A DNA stretch of 64,000 bases. Source: Emiliania huxleyi CCMP1516. Its lineage: Eukaryota. Where the stretch lies: NCBI RefSeq assembly GCF_000372725.1, contig NW_005202303.1, forward strand, positions 1-64,000, read 5' to 3'. How positions within the stretch are numbered: the first letter of the stretch is position 1; each line of letters opens with the position of its first letter. The position numbers were made by a program, and so were the translations under genes. Positions 33,256 through 45,592 of the stretch are shown in pieces. Below the pieces are notes generated by a model. The model was not told where the DNA came from. It did no database searches and saw only the letters and a list, made by a program, of their open reading frames with translations.

Positions 33256-34539
33256 TTGCTACTTATGGGGGAAAAGAAATCATAGGATGGTTGAAGGTGG
33301 GGTACTATACCAACTAAAGTGATGGTTGGTGGTACTCTCCTGCAACCACAGTCCTTCCTGTGACATGGCAGGCCACTCTCAAGCCCTACAAGCACCAACC
33401 AGATCACCCACTTGGGGAGGGTTGACATCGATCATCGTGATTTCCGCGCAAAATTTCATTTCCTGCTGTGAAAATTCCGGCGTGAAGAGAGGGAAAACCC
33501 CGACGGGAGGGCCCTACCCTACCTACCCCGTCATGCTGTCCGCCCAAGCAAAAAAAGAATACACCTGTGGCACCCACATTGTGGTTGCCCCTTCCTACTG
33601 TGCCGTACGAAAGTGTGAACAGGTTGGAGCAGCAGCTCCTGGGCACGGCGCCGCAGGCGCCTGTTGATAGGTCCAGGTAACAGGTGAAATAGCCCTGGAT
33701 GGGCAATGCATACGCCTAGTTGGGCCTCAGATCGCCCGACCGCGTCCCGGTGCTCTGCCGTCGGATTTGTGACTCCGCCGCACCGCGCCGCGGCCGGGGG
33801 CCCTCCGAAGGCCGAGGATGGCCGTGACGGACCGGGACGAGCTCTGGGAGGTTCAGTGTCAGTGTATATATTGTAGAGACCAACCATGTCCACAATATCT
33901 CTCAGTCTAGCTAAGCCTGGGAAGGCGATGCCGGGGCCGTACAGCAGCTTGTTGGTGCTTCGTTCGCCGGCGTGCGTCCCGGAGCGGTCCCGGGCGGGTC
34001 CGTGGGAGGAATACGAGGATCAGCGCCGACGGCGCTCTGATTCGACATTTAACTTCAAACAAAGAGTGGCACGCGCCGCAGCGCGGTGCATGCCACTGTC
34101 AGGAGCGGATCCGTCAGTTAGTCGTGGTCACGCCGGCATCGTGATCCTCACAACCGGCCAGGGTTGCCTCCGCACTAGTTCATCGAGGTAGGTAGGCTCG
34201 AAGCGGGCGAGCGTCGACTCCTGGTACGAAAGGCAAGCGCACCTCAATCGTACGTATCACGTGTGAGCCCGTCGTATCTGGAATTCTGGTCTCGTACTCC
34301 TTCCATAGCACACGTCGCATCTGTAACCATGTGGATTTGTCGATATAATTCCTTCTTTTCCACGCAGAAAGAAAGAAAGAAAACGGACAACCCAAGTGAG
34401 TCTTTTCCACGCATGAATAAATAAATGAAACGGGCACGCCAAACGAGGGGTGGGAGAAGGAGAGGGTCCCCACCTGCACGAGCAGGATCTTGTAAGGACG
34501 ATCAGGGAGACACAGGGGAACGGGAGCGGGGAGCGCATC

Positions 34540-36333
34540 GCGACACGGAGTCATTCTGCAGCGCAAACTTCTTTTCCGACGTCCTGAAGTCTGCCAACGA
34601 GGCGAAGGAACACCTGTGGGTGGCACCCACATCTGTGGTTGCCCCTTCCATGTTCCACTGCAACGGCGACGAGTTGCCGCCGTCCCGGCCCGCAGCCGTC
34701 GAGACCCGAGCCGTGTGGGAGAGGCACGCACCAGCATCTGAGCCGATCGCAAACTCGCTGCTCGCCTCGCTGCTCCTGGAGGACCTCGTGCCCGAAGGTG
34801 GCATCCTCGATGTCGGCGCCTTCGACGGCGTTTTTGCCAACTTTTACGCGGAATTGATGCCCCACCGCACGATTTACGCCATCGACCCTTCCATGGAGAA
34901 CATCAAGAAGATGCGGCTGCCCAAGCAGGCTCGCTCGTTGCCGCAGCAGTCGAGCTCCACAGCAGGCCGAAGCGGTTGCCCGCCCGCTCCTCAGGCCCGC
35001 AACCTCTGCTCGCTGTGGGGCGCGGTGGGCGAGGCGGACGAGGCGGCACAGGTGAATCTTACAGACGCGGAGGCGAATGGGTCGCAGCCGGTGAGGGACC
35101 GAGGGTACCACTACGTGAACGAGCGCCGCCGCCGCTTCCCCATATTCGCTCGACACCCTCTTTGCGCGTACGCGCATGGGCTTCCTGTGCAGCTCTCGAC
35201 CTCTCGAGGGGCAGCCCGGGTCCGTAACGTCCACGACACGTCCCTAGCGTGCCCCGAAGGCATCTTGACCTCGAGGGGCACGAGCTACCGACCCTCAGCG
35301 GGGCCCGCCAGCTGCTGCAGAGAGACAAGCCGCTGCTCTCGTACGAGGTGGCGGTGCACAGGCACCAGGCGCACACCAAGGCGCTTCTCGGCTACATCGA
35401 CTCGCTCGGCTCCTCCTCCACAAATCGAGCGGAGTGGTCCGAAGCGAGCTTGGCCCCACACCCGCTGCCGTGAACAGGCTACTCCTCCTTCCTTATCGAG
35501 GAGATCGCAGGCATGACCGCCGACGTGCGCAACGTGCTCGCCGTGCCGGCCTCGCGCCTGCGCGCCTTCACCAGCTCCCCCGCCCTCACCGCCGCTTACC
35601 TTGGCAACGTGCGCCGGGCCCCCCGCTTCGCCGGCTCCCCTCGCCTGCGTCGACGCCGCCCGGCCGCTTGCCCACCTGTCGTCCTGCGGCTGCACAGACC
35701 GCGCTTGCAAAGTCCACTCTCAGCCAGCTGCCCCCCTCGGACGCTCAGGCCCTCCTCCCGGTGGACGAGAGTACCATTCTGTTGCACGCCTTCCCCTGCT
35801 GCGCGCCCAAGCAGCCCTGCTGCCCCGGCGGCCGCAACGCCTGTTGCGCGCACTGGCAGGTCCACAGCACGCACGCACACCCACACACACACACTCTCTC
35901 TCATGCACACACACAATCACACACACACGCTCCCACACGCGCACGCGCGCGCACGCGCGCGCACCCACGCGCACCGGGCCTTGCACTTGAGATATGCGTA
36001 CCTCACCTCACCAATGAGAAGCGCACCTCACCCTCCCCTCCCCTACCTCTGCAGGTCCACAAGTGGATCGGGTCGGTAGTCGCGCAGGGCGGGGCCGATC
36101 TGACCTTCTTCACGCGCCGGCGCTGGTACGACCAGGGCTGGAAACCGCAGCTGAGAGACCGCAGGGAGAGGACGAACCACGTCTGGCAAATAAGACGCCC
36201 GCTCAACATGTCGGGCATGACGAACGACCAGGACGTGCCGCGCGCTTTCGATGTGGAGGCGGAAACAACGACCGGGTCCGCGTTTACCCGTGCCGTCCGG
36301 GAGTCGAAACCCCGCAAGGTCAAGTCGAGTTAA
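34540..36333 (+). CDS. FkbM-family SAM-dependent methyltransferase, multi-exon (start uncertain)
   Basis: ILDVGAFDG, IYAIDP, HLDLEGHELPTLSGARQLLQRDKPLLSYE. Confidence 0.8.
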
Positions 36334-37734
36334 GAGATTTGGCATCATTTTTGCCCAAGCATATTGCATATTTAGAGTTCCTGAGTATATGAATATTATT
36401 ATCGGACAAAGAATTTTAAGCATTAAGCCAGATCTGAGATCTTCTTCTCAATATATCGATGTATTCAGCGAAGTCATGTCCATCCCGGGCTCGCAGACGC
36501 CCTAAAATTGCTCAAAAGACTAGTTGCAAATAGGGTCGCGTGAACATGATGAATTTTGATGTTTTTTTGTCCGTGTTGCTCCCAGCGCCCTCGCCCGGCT
36601 CCCTGAGGCCATGGCTGGTGATACTAGTACGGGGGGCTACCTGTGGCTACCGCGAGAGCGACCCAACTCGTCGACATCGTCCGATGATGGTGCCTCAAAG
36701 TCAGCCTGCCGGAGGCTATCGTCGCGTCGAGCCGGCGGTGGCCGTGACATGTGGTATCACCGCCCCTCGCAGGCTTTGCCTCTGACCGCCACCGTTCCCA
36801 GGCTGCCTAATGGGATGGAAAGGAAGGCTGGGCGAGCATATAGAAGCGTGCTCGACCTCGTCGTGGCAGCCTGCACGGCAGCGCTGGCAGGCGCGATGAG
36901 CGTCGTGCCACCTGACCCGAGAAGGGTCGCAGGCGTCGTACCGAGCGCGTCGAGACCGTGTCCTGATGCGCTCTGCACGGGTGAGTCACGTCGGCGTCAA
37001 AGGAGCGACGTGCGACCTGTCAGAGCTTGGTCTCCGATCTCAGCGGCGCCGAGTCGCCTTCGGTGGCGACAGCTAGGATGCATCTCCTCCGTCGTTTTTC
37101 GCGCGATGGCCCTGGGAAGCTGGCGGCGCACGCAGGCGGACCTTGTGTGCAACTAGTCAAAATGGGCCCAAATCGCTTTTCAAATTTGCTCGGATCGCTT
37201 CAAAATCGCTTGGAATTTGCGAATAATTCGATCTAATTCGATTTCAGCCACCATCTAGGCGACGTTTGGGACTAATGTGTCGACATTTTACGCTTTTGGA
37301 GGTGAACATCAGTGATCAATACCTCAATATATTGTCAATAGTTAGAGGGGATGCTGTCAATAATCAATATCAATAGTTACAGTGGCGAGAATCAATCTTT
37401 CTCGACTGCCTTAGGCGACGACTTCCTACGGCTTCTGAGGAAAGCCGTCGCCCGCACCTTGCCTGTCGCGTGAATCGTCCTGTGAGACCGCATTTCGGGC
37501 GCGACACCGACCGAGGTCCAACCTTGGTATGTGCCGTAAGCAGCTTGTTTTTTGTTTGTTGATAATGTTGTGCGTGCGTGCGTGGGTCGGGGCACCTAAC
37601 TGCTCTGTCTCCCCCCACAACTGCCGCTTACATATATCTGGTGCCTGATTGGGTAGTAGTACAAAGGGGTATTGGATCCACGGTCTCGGACAGATGGCTT
37701 TCTAGGCTTTCTAATACAAATTCTAGGCTTTCTA

Positions 37735-38198
37735 CAGTGGGTTGCGGGCATTAAGAAAACGTACCATTAAGAAACCCTACCAAGCGATTTCCGCAAAAAT
37801 CTAAGAAATCACGGCGCGCCGCAGGCGCGGCCCCGAGAAAAGGCCAGACACGAGTGTGAACGGGAGGCCCAGCTCAAAATTTCTCTTCGCCTGCGGCGCG
37901 CGCACTTGTCACTTTCCAAGTCTGCGGTGTTCTGAGTGGATGGAGTGAATGGAGGCGTGTGTGCGTCTTCCCGTCATCCAGTATCCAGACAGAGAGCCGA
38001 CTCGGCGGCAGACTCTGGCATCGCCCTCGCGGACCGCAGCTTACCTCTTACCTAAAAAATCCTTCGGGCCGGCGCTCTGGCTTGAGTGCCCCGGCCGGAG
38101 CTAAGAAACCACGGCGTGGGGTGGATGAGGGCTGTGGAAAGGCTTAGAAACGGCGGCGTGCCGCGGAATCCTGTTTTCTTAATGCCCGCAACCCACTG
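37735..38198. mobile_element. Tc1/mariner/pogo-type MITE with 26-bp perfect TIRs and TA TSD
   Basis: TA|CAGTGGGTTGCGGGCATTAAGAAAAC ... GTTTTCTTAATGCCCGCAACCCACTG|TA; a related end follows a TA at 4502. Confidence 0.9.
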
Positions 38199-38343
38199 TA
38201 TGATGGCGATAGCAGTTGGGAAGGTGGGGCAACGCAGGTCTTTGCGGCGCCGACATTGACCTGCGGTAGAATTTGCTGCCAACCCTCGCGTCCCCGTTGC
38301 CCTCGTCTGCTGCACCGCCTTCCAGCAAGCTAGGCACGAGCCC

Positions 38344-39031
38344 ATGGCGATGGCCTCGACCACTCTCACGCCTCCAGCCGGTATAAGGCGACGGAGAAAG
38401 GCGCACGACGCCGCGTTCAAGCACAAAGTGGTCCAAAACGCTCTCGCTCGTCCAGTTGGGGCAAGGATCAAGCCCACGTGCCGCGAGTTTCCGGGGGTTG
38501 AGCCGGTACGCTGCGGCCAGCGACCCCGCCCACCCCATCACATTCCTGCACGTTACATCCCAGATAAGGTGTCTGACCTCGCCGAGATTCCATCCCCACC
38601 CCCATCCCCAGGTGCAGCTGCGGAAGTGGATCAAAGTCTACCGCAGCGGGGCTCCGCAGCCCCCCGGCGTCGGAGTCAACGCTCCAGATCTCTACGTCCT
38701 CAACCACGGCGTCCTCAACCAAGGTGGATGGGCAGTAATTGCAAAGCTTCACGACGTGGTCAACGCAACCTTACTGCACAATGCAGCCGTCCCCCCTTCG
38801 CGCGGCGTTCCCATTGGCGGGTGGGGCAGCGTCCCATCGCCCCCACTTCTCGCATACACCGCGCTGCCGATCTGGGCTGGGGCATTCGGTCTCTGCCATG
38901 CAGCAGCAACTGGCGCACCTGATCTCCGGGTGAGCCCCGCCCCCGTCGCCCCCCTCCTTGCTAGGTCACACTTAGCCCCCGTAATCGGGTCAAGCTTGAT
39001 CGACAGTCACGTGAGTCGTCCTGCTCTTTAG
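38344..39031 (+). CDS. Brinker-DBD/pogo-like HTH protein (intron 38506-38611)
   Basis: RRKAHDAAFKHKVVQNALARP..RIKPTCREFPGVEP|VQLRKWIK. Confidence 0.65.
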
Positions 39032-40609
39032 GCCGCCCGGAGTGGCTCAGCTCAACACGCTAGTGCCGGTTGCGGTGGCACATCCTCTTCCGAGGCTGAT
39101 GCACGGTCCGGACGCGCGCGTCACGGCGGCGCAGGAGTTGCTCAAGCTCTCGGCCTGAGGCCGTGAGGGTGCCACGGCCTGAGCGACAGCCTGAGGCCGT
39201 GAGGGTGCAGTCGCCCACTCCTCTTCTGGGCCTTGGGACGCCCAGGCCCGATCGCGCGGCAGTAGGCGCTGTCACGTATCATTCCACGTACGCGATGCTC
39301 TCCAGTCTTGAACTCGATCCACGCACTCAGCCCCCACCGAATGGTCCAGGCTCTGGGGGTGTCTGTTCGAGAGCTCTGGTCGCTTAGCAGTTTACGTAAC
39401 CACCGTTTCTTTTGTCGTTCATGATTGCTTGCTTATTTTAGACACGTGCCCGCTTCCCGACGACTCTCTCTCTCAAGCACACCCCCGACTCTCTCAAGCA
39501 CACCGCTCTCGCAAAACCACAAACCTACCTCGCGCGGGCGGGGCCGCGCGGCGGGGGACCTCTCTATACCCGGCGGCGCGAGAGAGCTCCCCCACAGCCA
39601 GCGAGGCCCGCGCCGCGCGCGTCGCAGCATACGTAGTCATCTAGACTGGCTGGGGGCTGGGGGGGTAGGCAGACAGGCCTCGAGACAGGCCGACCTTCAC
39701 AGTTCACAGACTTGTTATTGAGAAAGGAGGGGATCCCCTGGAGAGGGAGGGCCGGGGCGCGGTGAGGCGCGGCGCGCTGCGGAGGGCGGGCGGGGATGGC
39801 GAGGGGTGTGCCGTGTGAATTCCGGGGCTGTGCGTTTATGTGAGGCCACAGGAGAAAATTCTTCCGTGCGCTCCACCCCAGGGTTCAAACTTTTTCCGGG
39901 GTATGGTATGGTACCCTCGGCCAACCCACCTCGAGACCATACCCCCCCGCCTCTTGGAAGACCTGCTTGGGGTATGGTAGGGCTAGCCTTGGGCGGTCAG
40001 GACCATACCCCCCCCCCCCTTTGGGCCGCCGAGATTAACCATACCCCAGAAAAAGTTGGAACCAGCAACCCCAACCTCTTCGGCAGCCCCGCCGTTTCTC
40101 CTCCTGCGCCTCTTTTTACGCCTTTCATTCGAGAGGGGGGGACGAGGTCTCATCAACTTCGAAACCGCCTTTGAAAGGGGGAAATGCGTTCGTCCCTGAG
40201 CGGGTTGAGGCGGGGGTGGTGTGGTTTCACTGCGGAGATCTCTTCCAGTGCGCAGTGGAGTACTAAAACGATCTTACGCGTTACGGCTTTAAAGTACAGA
40301 AGTGTGCGACGTGTGTGTGTGCGTGTGTGTGTGTATCCACAATCCAGACTCGTGTCGCGCGCGCGTTCGAAGCGACGTTTTCCTGTGCCTGAGTGAGAGC
40401 CCTGAACACGACATCAGCAGAATCCAGAAAGACTAGGCAAGGCTGGCACAGCACACACACGCATCACAAAAGCTTCAAGAGTTACAAAAGTAAACGCCTT
40501 GAGCCAAGTGCTCCAGCGAAGCCCACACACGGTCACAAACCCACATGACACGCCCGCACTCCGGCCTGCAGAACACCCGCAGCCAGAGTGTGCTCGGCCC
40601 TCTACAATT

Positions 40610-43600
40610 CTACACGTCCAAGATCTGCACCCCTGCCGCGCCCCTGCCGCCGGAGCCCACCAGCTGGCCCGTCCGCACCTCGTTTGGCGAGTCTGAAGAC
40701 TGGCGGCGGCCGCCGCCCTGCCGCCGTCTCCGACAAGCGCGGGGAAAGAGCGCGGTGGAGGCCGCCACGAAGGCAGCCCCCACCAAGAAGCCTAGCCCCG
40801 CTGCTGAGGCGCGCCCGCCCACGTCGTACTCGAGTGAGAAACGCTCGCCCGGCTGCGGCGGCGGCAGCCGCGGCGGCGGCGGCGGCGGCGGCGGGTGGGC
40901 GGCGGGAGGCACAGCGGGGTCGCAAGCTCCCTCTGCCGGCTGGCTGCAGCTGCGATCGGCGCTGCGCACGAGCCAAGCGCCTAAAGAGCTAAGTACTGGA
41001 CCTAAAAAAGAAATACAGCCTTCCGCGTTGCGGACGAGCCAGGCGCCGTCGGTGTCGGCGAGGCGGGTGGCCGAGTTGTCCTCTCCGTAGTGCGTGCGCG
41101 TGAAGCAGTGGCGGTGGTCCCAATCGACGTGGCCCTCCGCCGCGTCGAGCGAGGCGCACGCGGCGCGCGTCCAGTTGAAGCGCGCCTAGAGACAGACACA
41201 TCGCGCGCTGTGTTTCTTCTTTGAGGGGGGGGGGCTGCCGCCAGAAGCGCGCCTAGAAATAGAATTTTACAACGAAGCTCCCTCTCACGACACTGGGCAC
41301 GGGACTGGCGCTAGAAAGAGAAACATTCAGGCAGCAGGGATGATGGGCTATACCTCGGCTATATCTCGGGCTCTATCTCGGCTATATCTCGCGTGCGTCT
41401 CGTTGACGAGGGTGAGGAGGCCGACCCCGAAGGAGGACTCGCGGAAGGCGGACCTAGAAAGCGACGTCGCCCCGGTTGTATTTCTTTTTCAGCCGACCCC
41501 GAAGGAGGACTCGCGGGAGGGGCGGGCCAGGCTGGCTGCGGCTCGCGCCACGGCACGTACGCGCTCTCCCGGTTGCCGCCGTCGCCGAGGTTGAGGTAGA
41601 CGGGGCCGCACCTACAAAAACAAAGATGGGCCCGCCGCGCTTCTCTTTCAGCCGTTACCCGAGGTTGAGGCACACGGGGCGCGCACGGGTGGGAGCAGCC
41701 GTCGTAGACGGGACGCGAGCGCTCGTAGGCGTGCACGTGCCTAGCAATAATCCAACTAGAACAGATTAAGATTTAACAAGAACTCATGGAGCGGCTCGTA
41801 GGCGTGGAGGTGCCTGATTGTTCACAACGAAACAATGCACGACTAGCAGCCATCGATGAGTGATGACTAAGCCCTCGCCGCACTGTTCCCCGAAAAGGAC
41901 GACGGCTAGTGCTAGTCCGACCCGTTGGGAGGACGACCCCGGCCAGTCCGCACCACCCCCCACAAACCGCCCCTCGCAAAGACCGCATATGGGGGGGCGG
42001 GGGACTGCTCCTGTGTACCCATCTCCTGGCGTCTCTGTTCTTCCGTAAGGTTGTTTGCCCCGAGAGGACGAGGTCGACGCCCGCCTCGAAGAGGAGCGGC
42101 TCCATGTCCCTGCGCATCAGCTCCGCCTCGCCCGCGTGCCCTACACCCAAGGACTGCCTGTGAAGCCATCGGAGCGGCCCCTGCTAGCTCCGCCCCGCGT
42201 CGCGCGGGCCTACAACCCATCGCCACGCGTGACTCGCAGCTCGTGCACTAGTCGCAGCCCCGCGTCGCGTGGCCCGAGTTGGAGTTGTACCTGAGTTGGA
42301 GTTGTACCACGGCGCGTGCATCATCACGACCAACCACGGCGTGGCGGCGCGGTCGACCGCCGCCAAGTCGCGCACCAGCCATGCGTGCTGGAGCGAGCCC
42401 GCCTGCACGGTCAGTGGACTGTGAACCGCTGATGACTAGTGGACTAAGGCTGGAGTTAGCCCGCCTCTGTCGCGGCGTACGACGACAGCGAGATGAGGTG
42501 CAGCGGCCCGACGGCGCGCGACCACCACAAGTTGCTCGGCGAGCCGGACGACCTAACGATGAATGATGCGTCATTCGCAACTAACACCACACACAAGTTT
42601 CGGCGAGCCCGGGCGACCTAATGACTGATGGTGACTGATTCATCATTCGTCAGCAAAACCAGCACACGTCGAGCCGGACCCGGACCGGTACGGCATCGGG
42701 TAGCGCGTGTTGTACGAGACCCACGCCTCGGCCGTCCCAACCTGAAGTACCAACGAGGAACGAGTAGCTGCTGCTGCCCCTCTACGAGACCACGCCCCGG
42801 CCGCCCCAGCCTGTTTATTGATGATGACTCATCATTGACTGCTCTTGCCGCTGTACGAGACCCACGCCCCGGCCGCCCCAGCCTCGTGGTTCCCGCCGCA
42901 GCTCATCACGGGCACCGTCGCGGCGAGGGGCTGCATCAGCCTGGCGTAGCTGTCCCACCGCGAGTAGAAGCCTATCGGAAAAGAAACACGTCGTCGAAAA
43001 AAGAAACACGCCGCGCGTCCCACCGCGAGGAGTAGCCGTCGGCGTACGAGAGGTCGGCTGTATCTCGGCTGTATCTCGGCTGTATCTGGGCTGTATCTCG
43101 GCTGTATCTGGGCTGTATCTGGGCTGTATCTCGGCGACATCTCTGCTAGGCTCTGCCGTCGGCGTACGAGAGGTCGCCCGCAAGGAGGACGAGTGATCCG
43201 CTCCCTTGCAGCCTGACTCACTAGGGCTCAGTAAGTACTTGGAGGAGGACGAGGGGAGGCCGGCCCGTCGCAGCCTCGTCCGCAGCAGCTCCGCGTTGGC
43301 TAGCGACACCTCCGTCTGGCCTACCGTAGAAGAAGAAGCACGCCGTCCAAAAAAGAAACACGACGGGGGGCCAGCGACACCTCCGTGCTGGCCGAGGTCG
43401 GCGGTGAGGCCGATTGTCCACGGGTAGACCGAGCTGCCGCCGCCAGAAGCCGCTGCCTTGCCGTCGCCGGAAGCGTCGCCGCCATCGCCGCCACCGCCAT
43501 CGCCGCCACCGCCGCCACCGCCGCCGCCGCCGCCGCCGCCTCCCTCTGCCGATGCTGCGGAGCCCGGCGGGTACGTGAATGCGAAGGTTGCGCTTGACCC

Positions 43601-44844
43601 CGCCACGCGGTACTGGTAGGCAACCCCTGGTGGTGAAGGCGCGGGCTCATGCGGACCAGGGAGGGGCATTGCAGTGAACGCGGGGAGGGGCATTGCAGAG
43701 GCGGTGCAAAGGCAGGGGACCAGGGATGGGGATGCAAAGTGTGAGAGGGAGAGGGAGGGCGGGCGGCGCTGCGTCTCGACGCCGAGAGAGGCTCCCGCAA
43801 CACACAACACCCTGGGCCAGGTCACACTTGGCGATCACCGGGCGAGAGGACGGCCATATCTCGGCTACACCTCGGCTACATCTCGGCAGTATCTCGGCTG
43901 TAGCTCGGCCATATCTGGGCTGTATCTCGGCGGCATCTCGGCGAGGCTCACCCGGCGAGAGACGCGGCAGCGGTACGGTGTGCACGAGCGGAGAGTTGTA
44001 GTACCTGCGGTGTGAATGCACCAGCGATACGAGTTTTGGCTCGCCTTCCCTGGGACCGCGTGTTGCGTGTCTGACTGTCACTGTGCTGCCGTGCGATCCG
44101 GGCCTGGGTTGTGCTGTGGTGTGAATAAACCCCGCATCAGGGCGGGGATGGCGGCGGCAGCCTGGCCGAGTGTCTTGTGAGTCTGTGTGTCTGCGTGTCG
44201 CTCGCGCGTGTCGTCCTCTTCTGTCTAGCGCCCGCCCATACCGCGCCGGTGTCCAGTCCCAGCCTCTGGCTGCTCTTCCCCTCTCTATCAGGATGTGTGG
44301 AAGCCCAGCTGGCGGAGTGTCTTGTGTGTGTGGTGTGTGTGTGTGTGACTGTGCGTCCAGTCCGAGTATCTATCTGGTTGTAGTACATGGCCGGGTTGTT
44401 GTACTCGCCCAGGCCCGAGGTCGGGCGCGCCGCTGCGGCATGGTACGACTGGCTCCGCCCGAATGGCGCCACCGGAAGGTGCGACGCCCACGACGTAGTG
44501 TCCTGCAGCGCCATCAGCTCGGACGGCTGCGCGCCGGCGGCGCCGAGGGGCGGGTCGGTGAGCGCTCTAGCCTCGAGCCACATAAGCTGCGAGTATGCGG
44601 AGCTGCTGCCGTTGGCGACGAGGACCAGACCCGGCTCGTCCGCCTCCCAATAGGCCACGGACGAGTCAACAGACTCGTCCTGGCTGGTGTAGACGACCAC
44701 CATCTCGCCCGGCCCGCCCAGCTGGATGTGGACCTGCTCGCTCTCGCACGCGGCGTCGCAGCTCTCGTTGAGCGAGAGGAGTCGGCGCGAAGGCGTACCA
44801 TTGCGGCGAAGCGGCGAGGTGTGGCCCGCAGCCGACTGGGACAT
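40610..44844 (-). CDS. Purple acid phosphatase with a C-terminal TM anchor, many exons
   Basis: EQVHI, ADLG, GDLSYAD, GNHE, VMMHAPWY, SGHVHAYER, GDGGNRE, FRESSFG. Confidence 0.92.
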
Positions 44845-45592
44845 CGTGTTTGCCTAGGTGCGTAAAAGAATTCTACGAGCGCCCTCTCACAGCAGACTGG
44901 CACGAACTAGCACCACAAAAGGCACAGCGTAAAAGAAGAATTCTTGCAGCACTGTCTTTTCTTTCTTTCTTTTTACGTCCCTCCCTTGGGTTTTCTGTTT
45001 TCTTTCTTTCTTTTCTTCCTTTTTACGGCCGGGCGGAATGTGTTTCGCCTTCCTAACTACCTAAATAAATGTGGGATGGTGAGGTCAGGTCAGGTGGTGT
45101 AAGCAGTAAGGTAAACTTCTGCAGTCACACTCACACACTCAAGGTGTTACAATATGCACTTGGGTGCGTTTGTTGGGTGTTTGTGTGCGCACGCGCGTGC
45201 TGCATGTCATGTGTGTGTCACAGTTTCTCGCCGAACTATGAAAAGTTGCGCACGAGTGAGCTCATCTTTGATGCCAACGAATCGGTGGCCGTGCCCGTCG
45301 CGCGTCGGCGAGCTTTACGCGCTCGCCTGTGAGCGCGCTCTCTCGGCGGTGCCAAGGCTGGCTCCGGGCCAGCGGGGGTGCTAGCGGGGTCAGGGGCGGG
45401 AGCTCGCCGCGCACACAAACAGATTTCAAGGGCGTTAAAGGAAATTGCGTTTACGAAAGTAGTAAACGAGATGAACACAGCTCTGCGCTCGCACCGCGTG
45501 AAACTTCTCGGGGCAGTAGCTGAGGGCTCACCTCGGGGAACTCGGCTAAACTCAATGGACGAACTCTTCGAGACGACTAGCTGCCATCCGCA

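Noticed and set aside
36400..37700. Possible gene or transposase in the AT-richer segment
   Set aside because: No convincing domain motifs or terminal repeats found by eye
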